Part shown: piece by piece, positions 10,646 to 20,682 of the stretch
How the letters are laid out: every line of letters begins with the position of its first letter
Position numbering within the stretch: the first letter of the stretch is position 1
DNA from: Candidatus Borrarchaeum weybense
GTDB taxonomy: Archaea; Asgardarchaeota; Sifarchaeia; Borrarchaeales; Borrarchaeaceae
Direction: 5' to 3'
NCBI GenBank assembly: GCA_019057385.1
Contig: JAHQJS010000004.1
Coordinates: forward strand, 1,169,068 to 1,233,067
Length of the DNA: 64,000 bases
The notes under the pieces: model-generated
What the model saw: only the letters and a program-made list of their open reading frames with translations
The model's database searches: none
What the model was told of the DNA's origin: nothing
Made by a program: the position numbers and the translations under genes

Positions 10646-11626
10646 TTATACTTCTTTATTCAATCGAATGGACTGTGTTGGGTATGGCATGTCTATACCA
10701 GCTTCGGTCAATGCATTTTTAATATTGTTCAGCATTCTGCTTTCTGTTTCAAAAACTCCGCCCGCTTTTGTTGTATCCACAAAAACCCTAGCTTCCATAT
10801 TAACTGCAAAGTCGCCTAGTTTTGTTACGACAATTTCTATCGGAGCAAAATAGCCTTGTCCTGATATTCCTGAGGTGACTGTAGCTGTATCCTTCTCTAG
10901 GACTTCTCGTATAATTTTTATCGCTTGCGATATGTCTGACTCATAAGCTATACCTATCTTGTGGAAAAGCCTTCTTAGCCGATGCGTTGAATAATTAATT
11001 ATCGCATCACTAGCTACCATTGAATTAGGCAAACTGATTAAAGTGTTATCAGGTGCGATAATAGTTGTAGATCGTAGATTAATCTCTATAACCTTCCCTA
11101 CTATATCATTCTTTTTCAACTGTATCCAGTCACCTATCTTGAATGCTTTATCAAAGATAATACTAACGCCTGCGAAAATATTAGCGACTGTTTGCTGGGC
11201 AGCAAGTCCTAATACGATTCCGGCAAAACCCGCACCGACTAATATCCCTTGAACGGCTGTAATAAGCCCAAAAACACCTAGAGTTAGTATAAAAGCGATG
11301 ATATAAATAAAATATCTAATTAGTCTTTTAAAGAGCATATTTAATCTTGTAGGAATATCAGCCACCCAGTGTATCACTTTGTCGTAAATGGTTAGGCTTA
11401 TTCTTACTGCATAAACTGCAACAAGCCAAATAATTACTATTTCTAACAACTGCGTTAGGAGTGGATAGGTAGTTGAAATCTGTACCCAATAAGAATAGAA
11501 ATTATATCTTAACATTAAAAAACCTAAAATTATTAGAAGAAAAATCACCGGAATTAAATAACTAGCTAGTATTCTTCTAGTTGTCGTTTGTATTTGAGAA
11601 TCATCAGTTTGCGAAATTCTTTTCAC
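10646..11626 (-). CDS. mscS: Small-conductance mechanosensitive channel (MscS family)
   Basis: GAGFAGIVLGLAAQQTVANIFAG, FKIGDWI, PNS, IDMPYP motifs. Confidence 0.9.
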   Translation of the reverse strand: MKRISQTDDSQIQTTTRRILASYLIPVIFLLIILGFLMLRYNFYSYWVQISTTYPLLTQLLEIVIIWLVAVYAVRISLTIYDKVIHWVADIPTRLNMLFKRLIRYFIYIIAFILTLGVFGLITAVQGILVGAGFAGIVLGLAAQQTVANIFAGVSIIFDKAFKIGDWIQLKKNDIVGKVIEINLRSTTIIAPDNTLISLPNSMVASDAIINYSTHRLRRLFHKIGIAYESDISQAIKIIREVLEKDTATVTSGISGQGYFAPIEIVVTKLGDFAVNMEARVFVDTTKAGGVFETESRMLNNIKNALTEAGIDMPYPTQSIRLNKEV

Positions 11627-11924
11627 TTCCTTTCAGAAAAATTAATGGCATAATACTATTAAGTTTAACCAAGGCGGCTTATAGTCTATTAAATATTTAT
11701 GTAAACCGAAATTCGTTGAGTTGTCACTTGTGTTTCTACTTAGGGAAAACGCAACTCAACTGTGATTCTATGAAGCTTAATAACAAGAGAAGGGTTTTTT
11801 AATCATAATAAATATTGCTTGTGTGTATGATAAAATTTTAATAGTCTCTAAGAGTGCTTTAAACACACTCCGCAAAACTAGTAAATAATAAATAAAAATA
11901 CGAGCAATCCGATGGTATTTTCAA

Positions 11925-13100
11925 ATGAAATTTCTATTAGGTGTATGCGGAATAGGACTGGGTCATGCAGGAAGATCAGTAAAACTTGCTGAAATGTTGA
12001 CTTCTCAAGGGCATGATGTTTTTTTCACATCCTTTGGTGTCGCCTCCGATTTTATCAAATTAAACGGGTACAAAGTTTACAGAATCCCGCCATATGAGTG
12101 GTATTCTGCGGGGACAGAACCCAATTGGTCAATGTCCGCGATTAACGGTGCGCCGATCATCCACCGCATTGTAAGGGGCTACAAAAAAATTCTAAAAATC
12201 ATAAAGAAAGAAGCCCATCTCGATTACATTATCTCAGATACTGATTTTCCTACGTTGCTGACACTTGCAAGACACAATTTTGAAGGGTGTATTCTCACAA
12301 ATACATTACGAATTGGCGTACTTGGGAAGCAGTTGCTCGAATACGGTGTGACAGGTCGAATACTTCGACCTAATTTGAAATTCCTTTTCAATAGGAAGAT
12401 AGATGCTCTCTTCCTCTATTTATACAAGCGCACTAACAAGGTTTATTGTTTCGATTTCCCCCCGCCGTACACACTAGCCAGACATAATATACTTCCTGAT
12501 GAGTCATTTGATGGTGAATTGCGGTACTGCGGCCTGATTAAAGGAAAAGACCCCCAAGAACTACCTTCTAAAGAAGAAATCATGGAAAAATTGGACTTAA
12601 ATCCCGATTTGCCGACAATATACATCGGCATAAGCGGACCGAATAAATACCAACTCATTAACTTTTTCGCAAACCATTATGATGGTTGCAAAGATAAGAA
12701 CATAATTATTACCACAGGAACGCCCTCTTCATCATTACCGACTTATAGAAATCAGGAGTTCAGAGTTTTTCATTGGTATCCTGTACGAGAGGAACTTCTG
12801 AAAGTTGCAGACGTTATCGTGGCCCGTGCTGGTTTAAACACGATTTCAGAAATTTTAACTTTCGGAAAGAAAAGTCTATTAATTCCAGAATTACAACCAG
12901 AGCAGATGGAAAATGCACATTCTCTAGAAAGCCTAGGTCTCTGTGTTACAATTCATCAAAAGGCTCTAAATGAAGAAATCTTTAATATTCAATTAGCAAG
13001 AGTATTAGAAAATAATCAAATGACAAAACGGTTAAAAGAATATCAATCACTTTGTAGACGATATGATGCACTTTCAATGATAACAAACGATTTTAATTAA
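11925..13100 (+). CDS. GT-B glycosyltransferase, family 28 / MurG-like
   Basis: GIGLGHAGR N-terminal motif, ARAGLNTISE, QPEQMENA. Confidence 0.85.
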   Translation: MKFLLGVCGIGLGHAGRSVKLAEMLTSQGHDVFFTSFGVASDFIKLNGYKVYRIPPYEWYSAGTEPNWSMSAINGAPIIHRIVRGYKKILKIIKKEAHLDYIISDTDFPTLLTLARHNFEGCILTNTLRIGVLGKQLLEYGVTGRILRPNLKFLFNRKIDALFLYLYKRTNKVYCFDFPPPYTLARHNILPDESFDGELRYCGLIKGKDPQELPSKEEIMEKLDLNPDLPTIYIGISGPNKYQLINFFANHYDGCKDKNIIITTGTPSSSLPTYRNQEFRVFHWYPVREELLKVADVIVARAGLNTISEILTFGKKSLLIPELQPEQMENAHSLESLGLCVTIHQKALNEEIFNIQLARVLENNQMTKRLKEYQSLCRRYDALSMITNDFN

Positions 13101-13155
13101 GCTTATTTTATATGAATAAAAAAAGAAGAACTCGATCTCAGTTCTAAAAATAACC

Positions 13156-13524
13156 CTAAAGGTCTAAAGCAGACCTTACCTTACTAGCAAACAGTTTCCC
13201 CTTTACTCCATGAGACTCAACCTTTATATTGCCATCACTTTCAGCTTGTTTTGCGAGATCCTTATCACCTGAATTAATTACCTTTTTAATAATATCACTT
13301 TTTCCTGTAATGGTGACGTGAGGGCCATCATGAAGTCCTTCGTCGATCGTGATGCTTCCATCAGTCTGGATCACAGCAGATGCTACATCTTCAGGATCTT
13401 GACCCACTACATTAATCTTAGCTGCACGTACGATCTTTAAGAACACTTTAGATTTTTTACTTTCCTTTAAATAGTTTTCAGCTTCTTTTAATCTCTTACT
13501 TACACATTCAAAAATTGTACTCAT
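13156..13524 (-). CDS. Hypothetical protein, possibly SCP2 (sterol carrier)-like fold
   Basis: GSITIDEG..GPHVTITG pattern resembles SCP2 domains; weak. Confidence 0.45.
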   Translation of the reverse strand: MSTIFECVSKRLKEAENYLKESKKSKVFLKIVRAAKINVVGQDPEDVASAVIQTDGSITIDEGLHDGPHVTITGKSDIIKKVINSGDKDLAKQAESDGNIKVESHGVKGKLFASKVRSALDL

Positions 13525-13691
13525 TATTGGGATGCCTCCGATAGTGCTAACTCAATTTCGGGATATTATTATATATAGTTTATAGTTTTTACGATTGAAA
13601 GTTGATTGGAATTCAACTTCTGAATAAAAGTTGAATGTATTAATAGCAATTTTCAAAAATCTTAAACAACAAATAGATGAAGTGAGAGATT

Positions 13692-14177
13692 ATGACTACA
13701 AAAAAGGAGCCTCATCAGGTAATTGAACTTACTGAAGAGTATGCAGAAGCGATCGAACAACTCTTCAAAGATGTTTGGCCACACGCAACAGAATATCCGC
13801 ATGACTGGCGAGAAAAAAGAATGCTATCCAAAGAAGAAATTATTGATGAGATGAGACAAGGATATCATTACTTTGGTATCAAATTTGAAGGCAAATTAGC
13901 TGGACTTTACAAAGCCCTAATTACCCCTGAGGGATGCTTCGGAGCACATCAGTCGATAAACCCGAAATATTGGAGGGGCGGCATGGGTGGAGCTATGTAC
14001 ACGCAATTTATAGAATTTGCAAAGAAGATGGGGTGTAAACGCAATTATTGCAACATTTTAATCGGTCAAACTGCTAGTGAAAAACTGGTAAAGAAATTTG
14101 GATTCAAAGAAGTTGGTGAACCATATGAACAGGCAAAAGGAATGCTTGTGCAGATGTATGAAAGAGAGGTAGAATAA
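13692..14177 (+). CDS. GNAT-family N-acetyltransferase
   Basis: SINPKYWRGGMGG acetyl-CoA motif A and KFGFKEVG motif B. Confidence 0.8.
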   Translation: MTTKKEPHQVIELTEEYAEAIEQLFKDVWPHATEYPHDWREKRMLSKEEIIDEMRQGYHYFGIKFEGKLAGLYKALITPEGCFGAHQSINPKYWRGGMGGAMYTQFIEFAKKMGCKRNYCNILIGQTASEKLVKKFGFKEVGEPYEQAKGMLVQMYEREVE

Positions 14178-14180
14178 CGT

Positions 14181-15257
14181 TTGAACTATGCAACTTTAAA
14201 AACTGAATTACTTTGCCTAGGAGCAAAAGCTAAAACTAAACGACATTTAAGAAAAACTGGAGCTGGACCCGCAGGTGGATCTTATTTTGTTCTTCCAAAT
14301 AGGAGTCTAGTCCAAATACCTGTTGTAGGTCACTTCGTCCAAAATTCCCCTTTTTCAATTATTGAAGACTCAGATGTGTTATATCTCTTTAAAAACAGTG
14401 AAAAGGTATGTGAAATACAAGGAGTGCCTACACCGCAGTTCTATGGAATTAATACATCAGATGGCATTCCCATGTGGAAAATTGCATTAATTCACGGTGT
14501 AGACTGTCTTGCAACAACCGTAGACCAGACTTGTATACACTGGCGCCATAATTTACAATGCGATTTCTGCGGCATTGAATTATCACTCAAACATCACAGA
14601 ACGATTACGAGAAAATCACCTGAAAAATTGATAGAAGTAATACAAGCTGCACGTGCAGAAAATAGGGCTAATCATATCACGTTAACTATTGGTACACAAG
14701 CTGGAGAAGATCGAGGTGCAAATATTCTTTCAAAAACGACCAGAAGGATAAAAGAGGAAATTGATATCCCTATTCACGCACAAGCAGAACCCGCAGATGA
14801 AATATATCTAGGGAAACTAAAAGATTCAGGAGTAGATACGCTCGGAATTCATATTGAGACCACTGACCCCGATATTTTCAAAAAAGTGTGCCCTGGTAAA
14901 GCAATGCTCGACTTTGAATATTATGAGAAGATTTGGGGGCATGCAGTAGACATTTTCGGTAAGAATCAAGTAAGTTCATTTGTAATAGTAGGTTTAGGAG
15001 AATCAGATGAAAGCATTCTAAATGGCGCTAAGTGGATGGCATCAATTGGGGTAATTCCTTTTGTAGTTCCACTTCGACCAATTCCTGAAACGCCTTTAGA
15101 AAATGCAATACCTCCTTCGCCAGAACGAATGATTTATTTATATGAAGAAGTGGGAAAAATCTTAAAGGAAAATAATCTAAATCCTAATAAAAACAAAGCT
15201 GGGTGTGTTCGCTGTAAAGGATGCTCATCCGTTGATGAGTTTGTAATCGGTTATTAA
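14181..15257 (+). CDS. Radical SAM protein, MSMEG_0568 family
   Basis: GAGPAG, LIHGVDCLATTV, atypical CxxxxxxxxCxxC (CIHWRHNLQCDFC), PFVVPLRP, C-terminal KAGCVRCKGCS. Confidence 0.8.
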   Translation: MNYATLKTELLCLGAKAKTKRHLRKTGAGPAGGSYFVLPNRSLVQIPVVGHFVQNSPFSIIEDSDVLYLFKNSEKVCEIQGVPTPQFYGINTSDGIPMWKIALIHGVDCLATTVDQTCIHWRHNLQCDFCGIELSLKHHRTITRKSPEKLIEVIQAARAENRANHITLTIGTQAGEDRGANILSKTTRRIKEEIDIPIHAQAEPADEIYLGKLKDSGVDTLGIHIETTDPDIFKKVCPGKAMLDFEYYEKIWGHAVDIFGKNQVSSFVIVGLGESDESILNGAKWMASIGVIPFVVPLRPIPETPLENAIPPSPERMIYLYEEVGKILKENNLNPNKNKAGCVRCKGCSSVDEFVIGY

Positions 15258-15468
15258 TAAAACCTTTCTCCCAGTTCTTTTGTGGAATTGATTTACTTTT
15301 TTTAAATCTTCATTAACTACATTCAAGATTAGAATGTAGAAAAAGCACTCTAATAATTTGCTCAAATAATTGAATATATAATGCAAAAAATCGAAAATAA
15401 CTGGACAAACAACTTTTGATAGAGGCTTGAATGCATGTAAGAGACGTTATAAAAAATTAGGTGATTAA

Positions 15469-17346
15469 ATGACATTTAAAGATTTAATAGACCCGAATCC
15501 TAAGAAAGCCTTCTTACTAGCTAATGAAGCTATAGCAAGAGCGGCTATTGAAAAGGATGTTAAAGTAGCAGCATTTTATCCTGGTTCTCCTACAAGTGAA
15601 ATTTTAGATACAATGTATATTCTTGCAGGATATTTAGACGACCTAAAAATGGAAGTAGCTTCGAATGAAATGGTGGCTCTTGAAACCGTAGCTGGTGCTT
15701 CGATGGCGGGAGTACGTGGATTTACTTCTATGAAAAGTGTAGGACTAAATGTTGCTGCAGATTCATTCTTTAGTTTGGGCTATACTGGTGTAAATGCAGG
15801 TTTAGTTTTATTAATAGCGGATGATCCACATGCCCATTCTTCACAAAGTGAACAGGATGCAAGGATTTTCGGTGAAGCTGCACATGTACCTATGCTTGAA
15901 CCGTCTTCTGCACAAGAAGCATATGATATGGTTAAGTGGGCTTTTGACTTATCTGAAAAATACAAAATGCTGGTTCTGATCAGAACAACAACACGGGTAA
16001 ATCATCAAAGTGGAATAGTACAGTTAGGTGAACTGAAGAGAAAACCTTTCAAAAGAAACGATTGGAAAGAGATTCAAAGTAAATATTACACTTTAAGTGC
16101 TACTGCTAGAAGGTTAAAAGGAGAGGCTCTAGAGAAACTGAAAAAAGTCGAAGAAGAATTTGAAACGAATCCATTCAATAAACTAACTTTAGGAGAAGGA
16201 GATATTGGAATTATTACTTCTGGTGTTTCATATCTGCATGTTCTAGAGGCTGTTGACATCTTAAATATAAATCCTCATATCTTGAAACTTGGAACTACAC
16301 ATCCTCTCCCGAAACAAATGATTGGAGACTTCCTTAAAAAAGTCAACAAAGTCATAATTGTAGAAGAACTCATGCCGTATCTTGAATTAAGAGTTACTGC
16401 AATTGCCAAAGATGCGACCCCATCAGTTGAAATATACGGAAAATATACAAATAATTTTGATTATGTTGGAGAATACACTGTACAGTCAGTCGTTAAAGGA
16501 ATTTCCTCCGTTTTAGGTCTTGGTAGCCCAGTGGATTACGATTTTTATCTTAACCGTGCTGAAAAACTGAAATCTATTTTACCAAAGAGAATGCCTACCT
16601 TCTGCCCAGGATGCCCGCACAGATCGACATTATGGGCAGTGCAACAGGCTATCAAGGAGCAAGACTATGTTGTCAACAATGACATCGGCTGTTATTCGAT
16701 GCTGCTTTTGGAGCCGTATGAAATTACTGACTCTTTATTGTGCATGGGGGCGTCTCTAGGCATTTCAAGCGGTATGCAACACGCACTTAATGATAAAGTC
16801 ATTTCATTCGTAGGTGACTCAACATTTTTCCATGCTTCATTGCCGGGGTTTGTAAACGCTGTGCATAATAAACACAATATTACTGTGTTCATCCTAGATA
16901 ATGCAGTCACCGCTATGACTGGTCAACAGCCAAATCCTGGTTCTGATTTTGGAGCACTTCCAGTTGTTGAAATTGACATCGAGGCCATCGTTAGAGCTAT
17001 TGGTGTCGAGCATGTTACCATGATCAATGCCTTTGATCCTAAGAACAACGTTGACAAGATAAAAGAGGCTTTAGAATTTGAAGGAGTTTCTGTTGTAATT
17101 TCAAAAGGTCCTTGTGCTTTATATAATGACCGCTTGAAGAGAAAACGCGGAGTTCCGATAATTCCGAATATGGTCGATAAGGAAGAGTGTAAGACTATCT
17201 ATGCTTGTATTAGGGACTTCTACTGTCCTGCAATTGAGATGGATATGGAAAGCCGGCAAGCTGTCATTCTAAAAGATTTATGCGATGGCTGCATGGTCTG
17301 TGCCAAACTCTGTCCAGTTTCGTCAATAAAAACTACAGGTGGTTGA
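15469..17346 (+). CDS. iorA: Indolepyruvate:ferredoxin oxidoreductase alpha subunit
   Basis: YPGSPTSEI, MKSVGLNVAAD, SSQSEQD, FCPGCPHR, DIGCY, GDSTFFH, C-terminal ferredoxin. Confidence 0.95.
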   Translation: MTFKDLIDPNPKKAFLLANEAIARAAIEKDVKVAAFYPGSPTSEILDTMYILAGYLDDLKMEVASNEMVALETVAGASMAGVRGFTSMKSVGLNVAADSFFSLGYTGVNAGLVLLIADDPHAHSSQSEQDARIFGEAAHVPMLEPSSAQEAYDMVKWAFDLSEKYKMLVLIRTTTRVNHQSGIVQLGELKRKPFKRNDWKEIQSKYYTLSATARRLKGEALEKLKKVEEEFETNPFNKLTLGEGDIGIITSGVSYLHVLEAVDILNINPHILKLGTTHPLPKQMIGDFLKKVNKVIIVEELMPYLELRVTAIAKDATPSVEIYGKYTNNFDYVGEYTVQSVVKGISSVLGLGSPVDYDFYLNRAEKLKSILPKRMPTFCPGCPHRSTLWAVQQAIKEQDYVVNNDIGCYSMLLLEPYEITDSLLCMGASLGISSGMQHALNDKVISFVGDSTFFHASLPGFVNAVHNKHNITVFILDNAVTAMTGQQPNPGSDFGALPVVEIDIEAIVRAIGVEHVTMINAFDPKNNVDKIKEALEFEGVSVVISKGPCALYNDRLKRKRGVPIIPNMVDKEECKTIYACIRDFYCPAIEMDMESRQAVILKDLCDGCMVCAKLCPVSSIKTTGG

Positions 17347-17347
17347 A

Positions 17348-18814
17348 ACAGTTCTAATTAACTTACTATAACTTTATATCACCTCATATTATTGAAGCGT
17401 CCACCTTCTGTGTCAGCTTTTAGTTACATCCTGGGGTCTGTCTGTTTATAGGGATGAGACCCCATAATTACTACTAGTTGTTAAACATGACGGCGATTAT
17501 TACACTGCCAGGGGTCATCACCTCGGTTACTAACAGGGCATTGTTGAATGCCCTTCTGCGAAAATTCGGCAATGCCCGAAGACGGGCTTTTTCTCTGAAA
17601 CGCAAAGGTTTAGCGACTTCCTGTATCGAAACAATCCTTCAGCAAGAAATCGGGCTCAATGCCCGTTATATTAAGGACGCATATTACTCCATCAAAGATT
17701 TACCTTATAATACCACGTTTGGGGGGTTGAAGAACCAGCGGTTGCGCGAGAAAGGTAAAATTACCAAAGAAGAATACAAGCAACGCCGAAATGCGCTCCT
17801 TATCTCCCGAGGAGAACGCTCTAAGAAGGGCAACCTCAACCTCAGACTTGATTTTTCCACCATGCAACTGCGCATCAACACCTGTCGTAACGATAACAAG
17901 TGGATGTTTGCCAATGTATTCATCCCGCAAAAATATCTCGACAAATACCATGGATATCTGGACGGTTCGCACCCTTATACCGTGCTGCTTAAGCGGCGGG
18001 ACTTTGACCGGGGCTATGACCTGCGTATCAGCATTAAAATCCCCTGCATGATACAGGAGGCCTCACGGGTGATGACACTGGATATCAATGCTGGTCACAC
18101 CGATTTCGCTGTGATGAACAAGGAGGATGGCATGCCTGTAGCGATAGGGAGGTTCAACCATCATAAGACCCAGTACACTAGGCGGGGAAAACGCAACCAT
18201 CTGTTGAACATGCTGGTGAGAAAGATCGGCAACTTAGCGCGACATTACTATGCTGAGGTAGTGGTGGGATCTCTCAACACAGGTAAGTTCAAAAGTTACA
18301 GCAAGAAAGCCACACGGACGATTCGCCAGCTGCCGCAGTACCAGTTTAGGCACTTGCTGAAGCGGTTGGAGTTGCAGGGTACAAAAGTGAGTGAAAGGTC
18401 GGAGGCCTACACCAGCAAGTTAGGTGACGTCATCTCTCAGTTAATAGGGTATGACATTCACAAGTGTGCGGCGATGATGTTCGCACTGAAGGTCATCAAC
18501 TATGACTTATTTAAGCAGTTGAAGACGTTTCTCTTCGGAGTCCCATCATATGAGGCTTATGGAAGGCGGAGACGTGGGCGAAGGAGAGAAAGCGGGCTAA
18601 CTGCCCCCATCCAGTACCGAAAGTTTCTAAAAAGTATGAAGTTCTGGATGGCGATGAACTCCTCAATAGTAAAAGAGGATGGAGGCTACCTCCCGACTCC
18701 AGGTAGGGAGGGGTTGTCCTTTCTGGACAATTTAAAAGCGAACTTTCCTTGTCTGACCATGAACATATGGTAAGCTATATGAAGATATGGTAAGTATCGT
18801 GACCTGGTGTTCAA
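17348..18814 (+). mobile_element. Non-autonomous IS607/IS605-like TnpB element inserted between iorA and iorB
   Basis: Removing it restores GGTGGTTGAA-TA-ATG (iorA stop next to iorB start). Higher GC than host. ATATGGTAAG twice at the right end (18764, 18785) with an inverted-like CTTACTATA at the left (~17362). No tnpA; boundaries +/- a few bp. Confidence 0.75.
17478..18773 (+). CDS. tnpB: TnpB-related RuvC protein without Zn finger, rearranged catalytic site
   Basis: FGG...EEYKQRRN..ISRG..KKGNLNLRL family signature; RuvC-I TLDIN, RuvC-II VVVGSL, SEAYTSK, IHKCAA; probable start ATG 17487. Confidence 0.8.
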   Translation: MLNMTAIITLPGVITSVTNRALLNALLRKFGNARRRAFSLKRKGLATSCIETILQQEIGLNARYIKDAYYSIKDLPYNTTFGGLKNQRLREKGKITKEEYKQRRNALLISRGERSKKGNLNLRLDFSTMQLRINTCRNDNKWMFANVFIPQKYLDKYHGYLDGSHPYTVLLKRRDFDRGYDLRISIKIPCMIQEASRVMTLDINAGHTDFAVMNKEDGMPVAIGRFNHHKTQYTRRGKRNHLLNMLVRKIGNLARHYYAEVVVGSLNTGKFKSYSKKATRTIRQLPQYQFRHLLKRLELQGTKVSERSEAYTSKLGDVISQLIGYDIHKCAAMMFALKVINYDLFKQLKTFLFGVPSYEAYGRRRRGRRRESGLTAPIQYRKFLKSMKFWMAMNSSIVKEDGGYLPTPGREGLSFLDNLKANFPCLTMNIW

Positions 18815-18816
18815 TA

Positions 18817-19449
18817 ATGGTAGCCGGTTATAATATTATGCTGTCGGGTGTTGGTGGTCAAGGACTTATGTTACTATCATCAATCATTGGAAATGCCTGT
18901 AACAAACTAGGACTGAAAGTAATAACTGGAGAACAGCATGGCCTCTCTCAAAGATCTGGCTCAATCTATGTCCATCTTAGAATCGGTGAAAAGGTACATT
19001 CGCCATTAATTCCTTATGGTTTCGCAGACATGATTATTTCTATGGAAGCTACTGAGGTTCTGCGTTATATTGAATTTCTCAAAGATGATGGAATCATCAT
19101 TATGAACAGACGTATTATGCATCCTTCTCTAGTAACTGCTGATATTGCAAAGCACAGAGATGAAAATCGTAGATATATCACCTTAGAACAGATATTTGCT
19201 CAGTTAAAACAAGTAACTAGCAATATTATTATATTAGACGCAACAAAACTTGCTGAACTTGCTGGGAATCCAAGAACCGAAAACACGGTATTGAGTGGTG
19301 CAGCCAGTGCTTTACAAGAGTTCCCCATCGATAAAGATGTTCTGAAGGAGGCTATCAAGGATTTGGTGCCATCTAAGACAATTGAAGAAAATATTAGAGC
19401 GTTTGACTTAGGCTATGAAGAGGCAAAGAAAATCCTTACGAGTCTATGA
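18817..19449 (+). CDS. iorB: Indolepyruvate:ferredoxin oxidoreductase beta subunit
   Basis: SGVGGQG, HGLSQRSGS, SPLIP, ENIRAFDLG; ATG 18817 lies just outside the element. Confidence 0.93.
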   Translation: MVAGYNIMLSGVGGQGLMLLSSIIGNACNKLGLKVITGEQHGLSQRSGSIYVHLRIGEKVHSPLIPYGFADMIISMEATEVLRYIEFLKDDGIIIMNRRIMHPSLVTADIAKHRDENRRYITLEQIFAQLKQVTSNIIILDATKLAELAGNPRTENTVLSGAASALQEFPIDKDVLKEAIKDLVPSKTIEENIRAFDLGYEEAKKILTSL

Positions 19450-19692
19450 GCTCACTTTTTTTATAATAGCAAGATACGAGAAAAAAGAGAGTCTACTAGT
19501 AGAATGATTAAACTTAAAAACAAAGAGAAAGAAAGAGAATCTAATTGACAAAATGATTAAATTTAAAAATAAAAATTTATTCTATGGTTTTTGTTTAGAA
19601 TCAAAAGAAGTTAAGAAGTTTTAAATTTCCAAGTTTATGCTTTTTTTCGTCTAATGAATTTTAAGTTAAAACCAGTATAGGAGGCTATATTT

Positions 19693-19890
19693 ATGCCAGA
19701 AGGAACTGTAAAATTTTTCAATACTATGCGAAACTTCGGCTTTATTACCGGCGATGACGGCAAAGACTACTTCGTCCACATTAGTGGAATTAAAGAAGGA
19801 ACAGTAATTGGTGATGGTGACCGGGTCGCTTTTGAGGTAGTCCAAGGCGATAGAGGACCGAAGGCTGAACAAGTTGTAAAAATTGAGTGA
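19693..19890 (+). CDS. Cold-shock domain protein
   Basis: GTVKFFN..NFGFI, DYFVHISGI, GDRGPKA; SD GGAGG. Confidence 0.95.
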   Translation: MPEGTVKFFNTMRNFGFITGDDGKDYFVHISGIKEGTVIGDGDRVAFEVVQGDRGPKAEQVVKIE

Positions 19891-20367
19891 ATGACAAATC
19901 CAAACTACCCTTCTTGCGTGAAGGGGCGACAAATAATCAAGTAGATCGTATCTTATAGTTAGTAACTATTTCGCGTGCTATCTATAGTCCAAAAACTAAA
20001 AACCTTTAAACTAGCGTACAGCAACGTATCAATTTGCGGATTCCGCTAATTGACCTCACGATTCATCTATTTTTCTATCGAGAACTTAGCACAACGAAAA
20101 TGCCGCGATGTGAAAGACTTCCATAACATCTTTCATACTGACAATTTTATGGCGAATCATTTTCTCTGCACCAGGAATGTTACAGTAACAGTCTCTTCTA
20201 CTCCATCTTCATAAACTTCTTCAGTAGTCTGCAATTCCAAGAACCTCACCATTTTTTATCGTTTTTTTAATGATAAATTATTTATATTCATTCCAAAAAA
20301 AGCGCATTGCGTTGAAGATCCTTAAAAAAAAATAGAATATCGATTATGAAATCTATGCTAAGGTGGT

Positions 20368-20523
20368 ATGTTTGTGGATGTTGAATTACAGGTAAATGGT
20401 AATAATATTCCTCTTCATAAATTTGCACAAAAAATCTGGCGTGGAGTCATTATTGGGCTTGTTAAAGAACTGAAAGGGGTTCCTGACGATATACATAATG
20501 TAAAACTACAGATTAAACTATGA
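20368..20523 (+). CDS. 51-aa protein resembling the C-terminal extension of archaeal MobB
   Basis: Below the ORF-track cutoff: MFVDVELQVNGNNIPLHKFAQKIWRGVIIGLVKELKGVPDDIHNVKLQIKL. Confidence 0.65.
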   Translation: MFVDVELQVNGNNIPLHKFAQKIWRGVIIGLVKELKGVPDDIHNVKLQIKL

Positions 20524-20622
20524 TATTCTTAATATGCTTTAAGAAAATATTCTTATGTCAAATAGTAGATGACCAGTAATGCCAAATTTAGTCTGTCTGC
20601 TAGTTTTTGTTCACATCGATAA

Positions 20623-20658
20623 ATTTCTATAGAACAAACTTAATCGTTCGATAGAAAT
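20623..20658. promoter_or_regulatory. Candidate double operator (inverted repeat) upstream of paralog 2
   Basis: ATTTCTATAGAAC-N10-GTTCGATAGAAAT, 12/13 inverted match. Confidence 0.55.
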
Positions 20659-20682
20659 GATTTTAAATCATTTATTCCTTGC

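Noticed and set aside
20067-20252. Short minus-strand ORF with two in-frame TGAs followed by an ATGAA hairpin (possible selenoprotein plus SECIS)
   Set aside because: No redox-motif context or recognisable family, and the hairpin lacks the 3' GA of a kink-turn
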